Assembly: GCF_001194135.2 (NCBI RefSeq)
Contig: NC_069008.1
Span: 10,184,708 to 10,243,816, forward strand
Length of the DNA stretch: 59,109 bases
Reading direction: 5' to 3'
Source: Octopus bimaculoides
Taxonomy: Eukaryota
Under the pieces are notes generated by a model, which had not been told where the DNA came from, made no database searches, and saw only the letters and a list, made by a program, of their open reading frames with translations. This document shows positions 1 through 11,876 of this stretch, one piece after another. A program made the position numbers and the translations under genes. The number at the start of each line of letters is the position of its first letter. Within the stretch, counting starts at the first letter, position 1.

Positions 1-21
1 TCTGTTAAAGTCTGTCACACC

Positions 22-65
22 GGCCATGATGAAATACCACAAGGTATAGAAAATACGTATTCGCC
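22..65 (+). ncRNA. Degenerate minimal type-I hammerhead ribozyme-like motif
   Basis: ggc-C(A)TGATGA-a-atacc/acaa/ggtat-a-GAAA-atacgtat-TC-gcc: core with one extra base after C3, 5-bp stem II, palindromic stem III (aatacgtatt), UUC triplet, 3-bp stem I. Confidence 0.5.
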
Positions 66-350
66 TTTATATATTTATATATTTAATCCTTTATATTGAA
101 CACTCAATATTTCATATATTCAATAAGACATATTCCATATATTCAATAAGACATTCAGTACTTCATTTCATTGTACCATCCATTTTTATATTATATATTA
201 TATATTGCATATTCTATATCCCACATTAATTTTACAAGAATATAAATAGCACATAAAAAACAGACAGAGTTGGAATTCTTTTAAATAAAATAATATATTC
301 CTCTATACATGATCATACAAAGCCCCTTTTTTGTATTTATTTTTACTCAC

Positions 351-384
<34 letters not shown>

Positions 385-398
385 GTGTATATGTTTGC

Positions 399-598
399 GT
401 GTCTGTGTTTGTCCCCCCCAACATCGCTTGACAACCGATGCTGGTGTGTTTACGTCCCCATAACTTAGTGGTTCGGCAAAAGTGACCGATAGAATGAGTA
501 CTAGGCTTACAAAGAATAAGTCCTGGGGTCGATTTGCTCGACTAAAGGCAGTGCTCCAGCATGGTCACAGTCAAATGACTGAAACAAGTAAAAGAGTA
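399..598 (+). mobile_element. SINE-like interspersed repeat (3' part)
   Basis: gtttgtcccc..cttgacaaccgatgctggtgtg..ccagcatgg..gactgaaacaagtaaaaga recurs at about 15045-15245, 19720-19945, 26820-27020 and inverted at 40075-40440. Confidence 0.8.
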
Positions 599-836
599 TC
601 TATAATACATCAAAAGTCAGTTTGAATCTTGCTTGCAATGTTACCCAGCCAAACTGGCACATAATGGGAAAATACTATGAATTAAGTTAACACTGAAATG
701 TTAATACAAACGGAATAAAACAAATTTTGCATAAATCAGACAAGTAGGTTTAGAGATAATAGAGGTCATGAGTAGTCTAGCACATGATAAAACTTAGCGC
801 TCCATAAATAGGTATAAATGATACACTCATGATTTT

Positions 837-2660
837 TCATCGCTGTCCTTCTGCAGATTTCTCGGTTTCAATATTTGCCCTCTTCATGGACCACTGAGCT
901 TCACTGACAGTTGACATAAGTTTGCTTCGATGGGGCAAGAAAAGTGTAGAGGTTTTGTTTTCATCCAACACCTGTATTTTTTCAAGGAACAAGGCATCTT
1001 TATTAACCTGGTCATCACTGCTGATTCCTACAAAAGAGATAAAGCTTCTCATCATCATGTTTGGCCAACCATACTTTTGGCTTCTGCAAAACCTCCATAG
1101 GGATTTCTCCAGATGTGTCAGTCACCTTCCAGATGACTTGCTTTTTTCTTTCAGCAACTTTTTCCTCAATGCTGTCACTATCAAATAGTTCTGAGCCTTC
1201 AATATTGTTTGCATACTTGTCCCCTTTCAGTGGAATTAAGTTCTTAATAACTCTCTGAACAGTATTTGGACAGGGTTTTGACATCATCTCTAGACGAAAC
1301 TCTCACATCGATGGACCAATGAGGTGCATGATTTGGTCTGATACCTTATAATCTTCAGAGCCATCGAAAGTTTTTGTGGCCCACGTCTACTTGAAAGCAA
1401 CTTTGACATCAATCTTGTAATCTGCATGTGCTTGATGTTGCATCTGCATTATCTCAGATCGACTGGGCGTGGGTATTTTATTCGGAGTTTGAAGTAACTT
1501 TTCTAGCATCTTTGCTTTCTCTATTCTGTGATATTTTGCTTTCAGTTGTTTGTGCAAGTGCATGTTGTTAACTTGAACAAATCCAGTGATACCACTGCTG
1601 ATGAAGACTAGCACATAACCACTTTTCCAGAGGGCATCTCTCACCTGCAGTGTCAAATGCACCATGGAATCATCAAGCACATAAATGGCAAAGTTTGCAT
1701 GTGAAAACATATTGAATCAGTTTGGAAGGTTTTCAATAGTACAGAGCAGCTGTTCTAATCTATAAGAACTTTTAGGAGACCATTGATATTTCATTGTAGA
1801 CAGGGTGGTCGTTTTCCAGTTCCTTTCAATACAAACTCTGGGATAAGATTGATTTTGGTATCATTGCTAACTTGGGTGAACACTGTGTTACCCTAGACAA
1901 ATGGTGGTTTTCTTTGACAAACATATTTTGATTTCTCAATTATACTTTCATTCCAATGCAAGGGCATTTGATCTCCATTGATAATAGGAGGATCTATGCC
2001 AAATTTGTCAAGAAAATAATGACATACATTCCTTCTGTTCTTCAAATAATCCTGAATGCACTTAACACATTGTTCTTTGGAGATTGAAATGCATTTGTTT
2101 GGAAATTTCAGTGACACCCCATACTCTTTTTGCCAACCTTTCATACAGCTTTTTGAAAAACAAAGCTTTTCCTCAGTTGATGTGTCTGGGTGTTGGCAAA
2201 TTCTCTCCTCATAAAATTTCTCAGCCTGTAATAAGAAAAGAGCTTGTAGTAATCTCACATGCAGTAATGTTCTGACATCCACAAACCATTCAAACAAGGT
2301 TTGTTTTACAACCTCCTCCAGTGACTCTGAAACATTCCTTTTCAGTGCTGTCAAGTTTGCCTTTCAGATATTTTTCATAGCAGCATTTGATTACTATAAC
2401 AGCAGAATCAAATAGTCAATCAGAGTTTTTGACAGTGGCCAAATTCAAGTAAAACAAATGAACTGCTTTGGCGAGATGTCCCTGTTTCGGGGTGTCTGGG
2501 ACATGGCATTTCCTTTGAACATCCCAATGAGTTTTCCCTTTCATTTGCTCTAATTCAGTATCATACTCCTCTTTGCAATAGCAAGTGCTTGTTTTTCTTC
2601 TATAGATTAATTTTCATTTCCAATTTTCACATCATGAAATACTCTTTTCTCTGCCATGAT
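837..2660 (-). mobile_element. Degenerate pogo/Tigger-family (CENP-B HTH + DDE_1) transposase
   Basis: ORF fragments LFEWFVDVR..FSKSCMKGWQKEYGVSL..IINGDQMPLH and YVLDDSMVHL..ISSGITGFVQVNNMHLHKQLKAKY resemble pogo transposases; broken by stops and frameshifts; TIRs not located. Confidence 0.75.
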
Positions 2661-3106
2661 GTTATGAAAAAAAGTTCAAAGAGAAATTACCTGAGTCGTG
2701 TTGATGTTAAATCCTTATTCTGTAAAAAGCTTGTCCTGTAAGGATAAACAGTTCCTCTTTGAAGTTCTTAGTTTCCATGAAATTTGTGTTGGTGATTGGT
2801 AGAGAAATCGTAGAGAAATTGAAAATGAAGATTTTTTGACTACAATGTGGAGTAGCAGTAAACTCATGCATACGTTACAGACTAGGGCAGTTGTCCAGCC
2901 TCAAGTTTTTATAAACTCTGGCTGGTTGTAAAGCATATTTTCAGACAGCAATTTCCTTGTTTTCAATGTGTCCTGAAGCAGGTGTAATGTGTCTCAAAAT
3001 GATTGAACTTCTTAGGGTTGAAGATTATCAATGCCCTTATAATGGGAAGCAAGGTTCTGGATATCAGTTGAATATCGCCTTTCTCCCATTAATTTCTTAT
3101 TCTTCA

Positions 3107-3518
3107 TGTTGCTAAGGCTCCAGCAGTTGAGTAAAGAAGTATTAGGCAAAACGCAGGTTCCTCGTTAGTTTTATTTACAATATATATACAAAGGTGTGGT
3201 ATGTTGCTCTTTTGCAGTCATCTCATGCGGTATGAATTCGTCGTTCTCCATTACGTGGGCCATTGCCTCAGTAGATGTGACAAGCAGACTAGCCTAGAGG
3301 CTCAGCCAGTGAAGTGTGTTCTGTGAGCAGTCGCAGATAAAAGAGAAAAAGATCGAACCTTGTGGCTTCTTCCTTTTATGTAGTTTGCCATTGCAAGCCT
3401 TGTTGTCAGCTCACGCATGGCAAATGGATGCAGGTGAGATCTCACTCCAGTTTCAGAGATGGCAAATGGCTGCCGTGAGATCTCATTTGGTATGGCGCTG
3501 ACTGCTTGTGCTGCTACA
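3107..3518 (-). repeat. 3' LTR, preceded by polypurine tract agggggagccct (3519-3530)
   Basis: Minus strand begins TGTAGCAG directly after the PPT; 3385-3518 matches 7324-7441. The left boundary (tgttgct at 3107) is tentative and no TSD was found. Confidence 0.65.
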
Positions 3519-4806
3519 AGGGCTCCCCCTTGAGTGCAGCAATGCAAAAACAGAATAATTGGAGCAGGCACAAGAAAGAGTAAGGATGGCAACTGATAGC
3601 AACCAACAAGATATGGTACAATAATGTGACAAGTCAAATAGAAAAATAATTGCAAGAAATATAAATGGGCATGCACAAAAATTTGACAAAATGTTCAATG
3701 GCAGAGTATAGGAACTGTCCAGTAACACAAGAAAGCAATTGTCTGTCACAGGAAAACACAGGAAAACAGGATTGTCAGATATAAATAGTTTTAATGAGTT
3801 TTTTGGGCCAGTGCACAGTGTGGCCTGTCCTGGTGATATAGGGTTTGTTTGTGTTAGGTTGTGGTGACAAAGGTGGAGGTGTAGGTGATGGTGTGGTCAA
3901 AGGTGCATGTGAGGGTGGTTGTAAAGGATCAAAGGTGGGCATGTTTAGGATGTCATCGAAGGGTGTGGACACCTCAAAATGTGCCCTTTTAAGTCTGTCG
4001 ACCGACACGGTCTTTGCCCGCCCATTGATGGCGAGACTAAAAGTTTTGGGTGTGCACGATAGCACACGAAATGGTCCCTTATAAGGAGAAACGAGAGGTC
4101 CTCTGACAGAATCATCCCGAACAAAAACATGAGTCCATTTGTCAATATCCGGTGGGACGTGAGAGGGAATAGACTGGTCACGTGGATGCAAGGGTGGAAG
4201 ACTTGAGAAATACAAGTGAAGTCTGGTAACATATGACGTTGGATCAGTTGTCTGGTGCTAACATTGTGCCAGGGTGGTACCATAAAGGAGTTCAGCTGAA
4301 GAGAAACCTAAGTCTGCTTTAACACAGTGCAACAACCAAGAAGAACGATAGGCAGGAATTCTGTCCAAGACTGTGGATCAGAAGTGGTGCGTAGAACGGC
4401 CTTCAGTTGCCTGTGAAAATGTTCGACCATCCCATTGGAGGTTGGGTTGTAGCTGGTCGTACAAATGTGATGAACGCTTAGGATTCGTGACAATTCACGA
4501 AATAGAGAAGCCTCGAACTGGTGTCCGCGATAAGTGGTTATTTTAGCTGGGACACCAAAGCGAGCAATCCAGTTAGAAATGAAAGCTCGAGCAACAGACT
4601 CAGCGGAAATGTCCACTATTGGAATGGTCTCTGGCCAACGAGAGAATCAATTGATGCATGTCAATATGTAAGAGAAACCGCGACGGACAGGCCATGGTCC
4701 AACCAGATCAATGTGGACATGGCGAAAGCGAGTCTCCAGAGGAGAAAACTGTCCAAGAGGAGCGCGAATATGCCTGTGGATTTTAGAACGCTGGCATTTT
4801 ACACAA

Positions 4807-5485
4807 NNNNNNNNNNNNNNNNNNNNNNNNNNNNNNNNNNNNNNNNNNNNNNNNNNNNNNNNNNNNNNNNNNNNNNNNNNNNNNNNNNNNNNNNNNNNNN
4901 NNNNNNNNNNNNNNNNNNNNNNNNNNNNNNNNNNNNNNNNNNNNNNNNNNNNNNNNNNNNNNNNNNNNNNNNNNNNNNNNNNNNNNNNNNNNNNNNNNNN
5001 NNNNNNNNNNNNNNNNNNNNNNNNNNNNNNNNNNNNNNNNNNNNNNNNNNNNNNNNNNNNNNNNNNNNNNNNNNNNNNNNNNNNNNNNNNNNNNNNNNNN
5101 NNNNNNNNNNNNNNNNNNNNNNNNNNNNNNNNNNNNNNNNNNNNNNNNNNNNNNNNNNNNNNNNNNNNNNNNNNNNNNNNNNNNNNNNNNNNNNNNNNNN
5201 NNNNNNNNNNNNNNNNNNNNNNNNNNNNNNNNNNNNNNNNNNNNNNNNNNNNNNNNNNNNNNNNNNNNNNNNNNNNNNNNNNNNNNNNNNNNNNNNNNNN
5301 NNNNNNNNNNNNNNNNNNNNNNNNNNNNNNNNNNNNNNNNNNNNNNNNNNNNNNNNNNNNNNNNNNNNNNNNNNNNNNNNNNNNNNNNNNNNNNNNNNNN
5401 NNNNNNNNNNNNNNNNNNNNNNNNNNNNNNNNNNNNNNNNNNNNNNNNNNNNNNNNNNNNNNNNNNNNNNNNNNNNNNNNNNNNG
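4807..5485. other. Assembly gap (one of about 20); ORFs spanning N-runs are artefacts
   Basis: N-runs, also at about 6269-7038, 11217-11785, 40764-41162, 49759-50683, 52232-52976 and several 10-N gaps. Confidence 0.99.
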
Positions 5486-7323
5486 GCCAAGTTGGAGCAT
5501 GTGCTCAAACTTGGACCTAGCCTTCTTAAGACGGTCAGGAGCAAGTCGCCGCAGGCGTGAACAGACAGGTGGCCCAGTGGTGGTAATATAGTGGAGGGTG
5601 GAGTGAGTAGGTTTTGCCATTTGGAATCGCCGATCCACCATCTCTGGGAAAGACGCTAAGAGTGAATGAAATGCATCACCAGCAGTGGCAACAAAAAATG
5701 AAGGACTGAGAACAGCATTGGTAGTGACCTTTGCAGGTGTAGACAAAGACATAGANNNNNNNNNNAGCATTGGTAGTGACCTTTGCAGGTGTAGACAAAG
5801 ACATAGAACCGTTGACGAGTCTCTGTCACCTGACATCTACCAATAGGTTAAAATTGTTAAAAAAGTCCGCACCCAGAATAGGATGTGGGAGATCAGCTAT
5901 AACAAAAACCACCTAAAATCCCGATGAAGATTAATGTCAATATGTAAGGAAACTTGACTGTAAGTTGCAATGGGAGACCAGTTGACTGCGTGCAAGGTGA
6001 TCTTTGAACGCTTTGGCTTGTCTGTAGCGAGACTCAAAGGCCAAATAGAGCAACTAGAACCTGTGTCAACCATAAAACGCTTTTCCAGACACACGATCCT
6101 TTTAAAAAAATGCACGATTTGATGAGAATTGGTCAGAAGTGTTTGACGTGCTCAAACCCTCCGCTGGGCATTTTTTGACGATTGAAAAGAACAAGGCTGA
6201 ATGGAGTGGTACCAACAAAGACCGGGACTAGAGGAAAAAGAATTGGTCGAGCTCCGACTGTGGCGGCGNNNNNNNNNNNNNNNNNNNNNNNNNNNNNNNN
6301 NNNNNNNNNNNNNNNNNNNNNNNNNNNNNNNNNNNNNNNNNNNNNNNNNNNNNNNNNNNNNNNNNNNNNNNNNNNNNNNNNNNNNNNNNNNNNNNNNNNN
6401 NNNNNNNNNNNNNNNNNNNNNNNNNNNNNNNNNNNNNNNNNNNNNNNNNNNNNNNNNNNNNNNNNNNNNNNNNNNNNNNNNNNNNNNNNNNNNNNNNNNN
6501 NNNNNNNNNNNNNNNNNNNNNNNNNNNNNNNNNNNNNNNNNNNNNNNNNNNNNNNNNNNNNNNNNNNNNNNNNNNNNNNNNNNNNNNNNNNNNNNNNNNN
6601 NNNNNNNNNNNNNNNNNNNNNNNNNNNNNNNNNNNNNNNNNNNNNNNNNNNNNNNNNNNNNNNNNNNNNNNNNNNNNNNNNNNNNNNNNNNNNNNNNNNN
6701 NNNNNNNNNNNNNNNNNNNNNNNNNNNNNNNNNNNNNNNNNNNNNNNNNNNNNNNNNNNNNNNNNNNNNNNNNNNNNNNNNNNNNNNNNNNNNNNNNNNN
6801 NNNNNNNNNNNNNNNNNNNNNNNNNNNNNNNNNNNNNNNNNNNNNNNNNNNNNNNNNNNNNNNNNNNNNNNNNNNNNNNNNNNNNNNNNNNNNNNNNNNN
6901 NNNNNNNNNNNNNNNNNNNNNNNNNNNNNNNNNNNNNNNNNNNNNNNNNNNNNNNNNNNNNNNNNNNNNNNNNNNNNNNNNNNNNNNNNNNNNNNNNNNN
7001 NNNNNNNNNNNNNNNNNNNNNNNNNNNNNNNNNNNNNNAAAAAGGAAAAGGACCAAGAAAAAAAAAAAACCGACAAAAGTGTTGTTGGAAATAGTAGCGT
7101 GTGTGAGAAAAACATTTTCCTTACCAAAATTTATGGAATTGTGTACTGTATGCACAAATAAACAAAAGAAAAATTTTCGTCACCAAATCTGTTTTTTTTT
7201 TTTGTGTGTGCTGAAAGAAAACAAAACAAAAAGGCAAAACACTTTGAATGGATGTTTGCTGAACCAACAACGGTTGGTTTTTTTTTTTCTTCTTGTGTTC
7301 TTTCTTTTGTGTTTTTTTTAAGG

Positions 7324-7441
7324 AGTTTGCCATGCGCAAGCCTCATTGTCAGCTCGTGCAGGGCAAATGGATGCAGGTGAGATCTCGCTCCAGTCTCAGA
7401 GATGGCAAATGGCTGTGCTGACTGCTTGTGCCACTGCTACA
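7324..7441 (-). repeat. 5' LTR fragment
   Basis: Same TGTAGCAG start and shared ggcaaatggatgcaggtgagatctc..cagagatggcaaatggctg with 3385-3518. Confidence 0.75.
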
Positions 7442-8120
7442 CCCTAAAATAGTGAAGGTTCACCCGTATGAACGTGCATAAATATTTTTCTTCCATGCAA
7501 ATAAAACACTCCAGGTCCTCTTCCCATTCTTGTCATGTTTTTTTTTTTTTGTCATACTGATTCACAATTTGTATCAGTCAAAATAATAATGAATTACCCA
7601 GTGTTTGTTATTTTGTACGAGTAATAGGAATCAGTTTAATCGACTTTCCCCTTCCCTTTAAATTGCTGCCCTTGTGCCTAAGCATTGGGCAATGTGCCTT
7701 GCAGCATAAAGTTATGGACAATTATGTTCTGTGTTCAATCCCACTGAGGTTAGCTTTCTCTTTCATCCCTATGGGGTTGATAAAATAAAGCACCAGTAAT
7801 GTACTGGGCTGCTTTAATTCACTTGTCATTCCCCACAAATTGTTGGCCTTGTGCCTAAATGAGAAATCCTTATTTAAAATTTTCTAGGCTGTCACCCTTG
7901 ATTTATTTTTAAACCAGAATTAGTTATTTAGTTTATTTATTTTATAACATATGGTATTACTTGTAATGTTCTTTTCTTTTTTTTTTGTCTTGTTATGTAT
8001 ATATATACAGTAATCCTTCGCCATATCGCTGTTTATCATTTAACCTTATGTCGATTCCTCTGTGGTGTTGTTTTGCATTTATAATAAAATAAATATATAC
8101 AACTTATAAAAATAATAATT

Positions 8121-10025
8121 AACAAGAGTACTCAGAGAGCGCAAACCTTGCCAAGGCAACACCAATGTCCTCTCAACGATTAGCTAGAAATGATTTTTAA
8201 AATGAGAATATCAGAAATAAACCCGATTGCTCTCACAAATAAGAATGCTAAAAATGAACCCGACCGCCCTCAAAACTGAAGTAAAAAAAAATAGGAAAAA
8301 TAATCCAGAATCTTTGTCTGGTACTGGATCAATCCCAAAATCTAATCTGTTCAGGAGCAAAAATTAATCGGGAAAAGTCGGTTGGCTTACAACTCGGCAC
8401 CTGGAGGGGCAAATCGATGCCTTCGAATAGCATTGTAGGACGCTGGACGGAGGACCCGATTAAGTTGCTAGGAATCTGGGTTGGCCCAGATCTCCAGATA
8501 GAAAAGAACTGGTCGCAGGTTTCGATCAAGGTGACCCACATAGTCAGGACCTGGTCTTGGCGGTGGCTATCCTTGAAAGGGAGGGCGGAGGTGGCCAATG
8601 TGTTTATCGCATTGGTCATCATTTACCGCCTTTCCGTCATGCCTTGCCCAGATTCATGGTTAAACAGGTTGGAGAGGCAGATCTTTCGCTTTTTGTGGAA
8701 GAACTCCGCTCCACTTGTAAGACGTTCTGTTTGCTGTCTAAAGCCGTTAAAGGGTGGGTTAGAGATGCCTTGGTTGTTGATGCGCAAGCACAAGCTGAGG
8801 CTAAGGCATCTCTGGCTCTACCTGGATGGTAAACGGGTGTGGTCTCTGCTTGCTAGACAGATGTTCCCCAGCTTTACTAGTTTTGATGGTAGAGAAAACT
8901 GGATCCGCCGAAGATCGAAGTTGGGTACCTGGCATACAGAGTGCCGCAAGGCGCTTCTCCAGTTCTGTAACTCAGGCAATGCCAGTGGTTTCGGTACCAC
9001 CATGGCTTTCTATAGTGGGTTGGTAGAGGCTGGAAATGACGATGCCCTGGGAAGGACCCTGGGTCTCGATGATAACCAGTTGGACAGCCTGTTCCGAAGA
9101 ACGTTCGGGCCTAAGACACTGGATAACTTCCAAAAGTCTTTGGCCTGGCAGTGTTACCGAGGAGCCCTACCCGTTCGGGATAAACTCAATAGACACGGCC
9201 ACCCTGGGCTGACGGCCTGTCCAAGATGCGGGCAGGGCTGGAAACCGTCCTGCACGCTGTTGTTCAGTGTCCGGGTATTTCAGAAGTATGGGTTTATGCG
9301 GAACAACTGTTGTCTGATGGAAGAAGAGTACAGCTATCGTCTGAGTCAATTGTAAAGATTAACCCACCGGATTTCTTGACGAAAGAAGGTGAGAATTGTT
9401 TTCTTGTAGTAGTAGCAATTGCGAGGGAGGTGATATGGAAGTCGAGAATGAAAGGTATCGTGACACATACCTGCGTCTCCGGCCTCGCCCTCGTGAAAAT
9501 GTTCACTTTTCACTTGAAAAGGAAGGTGGGGCTGGAAAAGAGGTGTTTGTCAGAGAGTGAATTTTAAAAAACGTGGACGCGTGTAGCACGCATGTTGGGG
9601 GTGAAAGACACTGCCTGAACACGATTGAGGGATTACCAGTAAGTCGGTGCTAAAGACAGGGCTCGTGGGGTCGGAGCAAACCTGTTTTGAACACCTCATC
9701 ATGTGATTTATTGTTTGTGTTTTGTGACTTATTCTTTGTGATTTATTGTTTGGGATTTATTGCTTGTAATTTATTGTGTTGTAATTCATTTTATTTCATT
9801 GTACATGAAAATCTTATATCATTCGATTGTATGTGACCCCTCTATGTTAGCCCGCATGGGTAATAAAAAATCAGATCCCAAAATCTAATCAGTTTGTACC
9901 AGGTCAAACATCTCTGAAAGTTTCATCCGAATCCATTCAGTGGTTCTTGAGATATCTTGTCCACAGACAAACCAACAAACAAACATGACTGGAAACAATA
10001 CCTCCGCCTTCGCTAAGGTGGGTTT
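8121..10025 (+). mobile_element. Helentron/HINE-type non-autonomous element (middle layer), split by Tx1
   Basis: 5' aacaagagtactcagagagcgcaaacct(t)gccaagg and 3' acaatacctccgccttcgctaaggtggg hairpin-like end; the two halves rejoin across the Tx1 TSD. Family assignment is from recalled HINE architecture. Confidence 0.55.
8348..9874 (+). mobile_element. Tx1/L1-clade non-LTR retrotransposon, 5'-truncated (RT C-terminus, zf-RVT)
   Basis: IKLLGIWVG..WSWRWLSLKGRAEVANVFI..FRFLWK..ALPVRDKL..CPRCG..ETVLHAVVQC; A-rich tail at about 9862-9870; 16-bp TSD atcccaaaatctaatc at 8332-8347 and 9875-9890. Confidence 0.9.
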
Positions 10026-10920
10026 AAAATAGTCAGTACAGTACTGTTTCTACTTCACGGATTTTCACCTATAGCAGGGGTTTTGGAACGGTAACACCTG
10101 CAACAGTCGAGGGATTACTGTATAATAAAATAAAATTATTAGATTTTCCAGCTGCTGTATCAATATTGATAGCTTACAATAAAATTTCACTTGAGATAGA
10201 TTAGCAAAATTTAATAAGGTGGGAGGGCTGGAATAAAAGCGATGAGGGGGGGGATATCTTAAAAATTGATAAGCAGTAGGGTGAAAAAAAATCTGAAAAA
10301 TTAATAAGTGGTGGGGACAATTAGTCAGGACCCCAGAGTAACTCTGCAACTTGTGGAGGTGGAAAAACACTATGGCTGACCAATTGGTTATTAGCAAAAA
10401 AGAAAAAAAAGTTATTGAGGACAGGTTGTCTCCCCTGGACCGTCGATTATTGGAAGTGGAGATCTATTTTGTAAGGCCTCTTACAAGCCTAATCAGTGAA
10501 CAGAGAATCCCGATATTGCAGGAAGTAGCGCTTGAAATGGACACTATTTCTTTACGAGTGTTCAGCAAGCCAGGCTTAGCATAGTTTATAAGTATTTTGG
10601 CTCGCTCATTGATGCAGATTTTTGCAGCGCCTGCTCCTATTAACATAGGGGCCTGATTGTTTTAAGATCTTCTTCCTGATATCATATAGGGTTCCTTGAT
10701 CTTTGAGACATCACACGTGTTGCCAGGGACGTACCAAAACATTTTTCTGGGCCCCTGAAGGATGACTGGTGGGTGCAGAAGTGTCGCTTGAAAGGTGTGC
10801 TGTCTGATCCAACAGAGTATTCTTTCACTTGTTTCAATCATTTGACTGTGATCATGCAATTTAAATCAGTGGCCTAGCATACTGAAAAAATGTCCAAAGA
10901 CTATGAATTATATGACATAT

Positions 10921-11166
10921 ATAAATAAGAGGAAAAGCCACCAAGGTGGATTCCTAATACACTAGAAGAAGACGCCAAATGGCTTTACCTCAAATACTAT
11001 ATTCTCAAAAGTTTTAGCAAATGCCAGAATGTATGTGAGCAAGACAAATTTCCTTGCTCACATACATTCTGGCGTTTGCTAAAATTTTTGAGAACATAGC
11101 ATTTGTGGTAAGGCGAATGGTGTCTTCTTCTAGCATATTAGGAATTCACCTTGGTAGCTATTCCGC

Positions 11167-11174
<8 letters not shown>
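10921..11174. repeat. Imperfect fold-back element at (TA)n (about 123-bp arms, 9-nt loop)
   Basis: 10921-11043 is roughly 85% reverse-complementary to 11053-11174; innermost 21 bp perfect; right end runs into (TA)n. Confidence 0.9.
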
Positions 11175-11216
<42 letters not shown>

Positions 11217-11876
11217 NNNNNNNNNNNNNNNNNNNNNNNNNNNNNNNNNNNNNNNNNNNNNNNNNNNNNNNNNNNNNNNNNNNNNNNNNNNNNNNNNNNN
11301 NNNNNNNNNNNNNNNNNNNNNNNNNNNNNNNNNNNNNNNNNNNNNNNNNNNNNNNNNNNNNNNNNNNNNNNNNNNNNNNNNNNNNNNNNNNNNNNNNNNN
11401 NNNNNNNNNNNNNNNNNNNNNNNNNNNNNNNNNNNNNNNNNNNNNNNNNNNNNNNNNNNNNNNNNNNNNNNNNNNNNNNNNNNNNNNNNNNNNNNNNNNN
11501 NNNNNNNNNNNNNNNNNNNNNNNNNNNNNNNNNNNNNNNNNNNNNNNNNNNNNNNNNNNNNNNNNNNNNNNNNNNNNNNNNNNNNNNNNNNNNNNNNNNN
11601 NNNNNNNNNNNNNNNNNNNNNNNNNNNNNNNNNNNNNNNNNNNNNNNNNNNNNNNNNNNNNNNNNNNNNNNNNNNNNNNNNNNNNNNNNNNNNNNNNNNN
11701 NNNNNNNNNNNNNNNNNNNNNNNNNNNNNNNNNNNNNNNNNNNNNNNNNNNNNNNNNNNNNNNNNNNNNNNNNNNNNNNNNNNNNNTATATATATATATA
11801 TATATATATGAAATTAATAAAAACAGTTGTTTGCAACGTTATACTGTAAAGGAAAATTATAGCCATCAACTAAACT

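Larger units (their letters stand above)
3107..7441 (-). mobile_element. Gypsy/Ty3 LTR retrotransposon, degenerate, interrupted by gaps
   Basis: Minus-strand order gag CWYH motif (about 6210), protease VDTGS (5897-6115), RT start (5486-5600), integrase (FGVPAKITT..GHQF, TTSYNPTSNGMVEHFHRQLK; 4308-4806), GPY/F region (SPYKGPFRV; 3775-4215), PPT and two LTR copies. Confidence 0.9.
8008..10120. mobile_element. Tigger/pogo-like non-autonomous element (outer layer of a nest)
   Basis: TA-CAGTAATCCTTCG at 8006-8020 and CGAGGGATTACTG-TA at 10108-10122: 13-bp TIRs (one mismatch) flanked by TA. Confidence 0.65.

Noticed and set aside
5713-5806. Direct repeat of about 41 bp on either side of a 10-N gap
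   Set aside because: Typical overlapping contig ends; assembly artefact.
4521-7321. Long ORFs of 250-400 aa (also at 11054, 40615, 49490, 52071)
   Set aside because: They are open only because they run through N-gaps.
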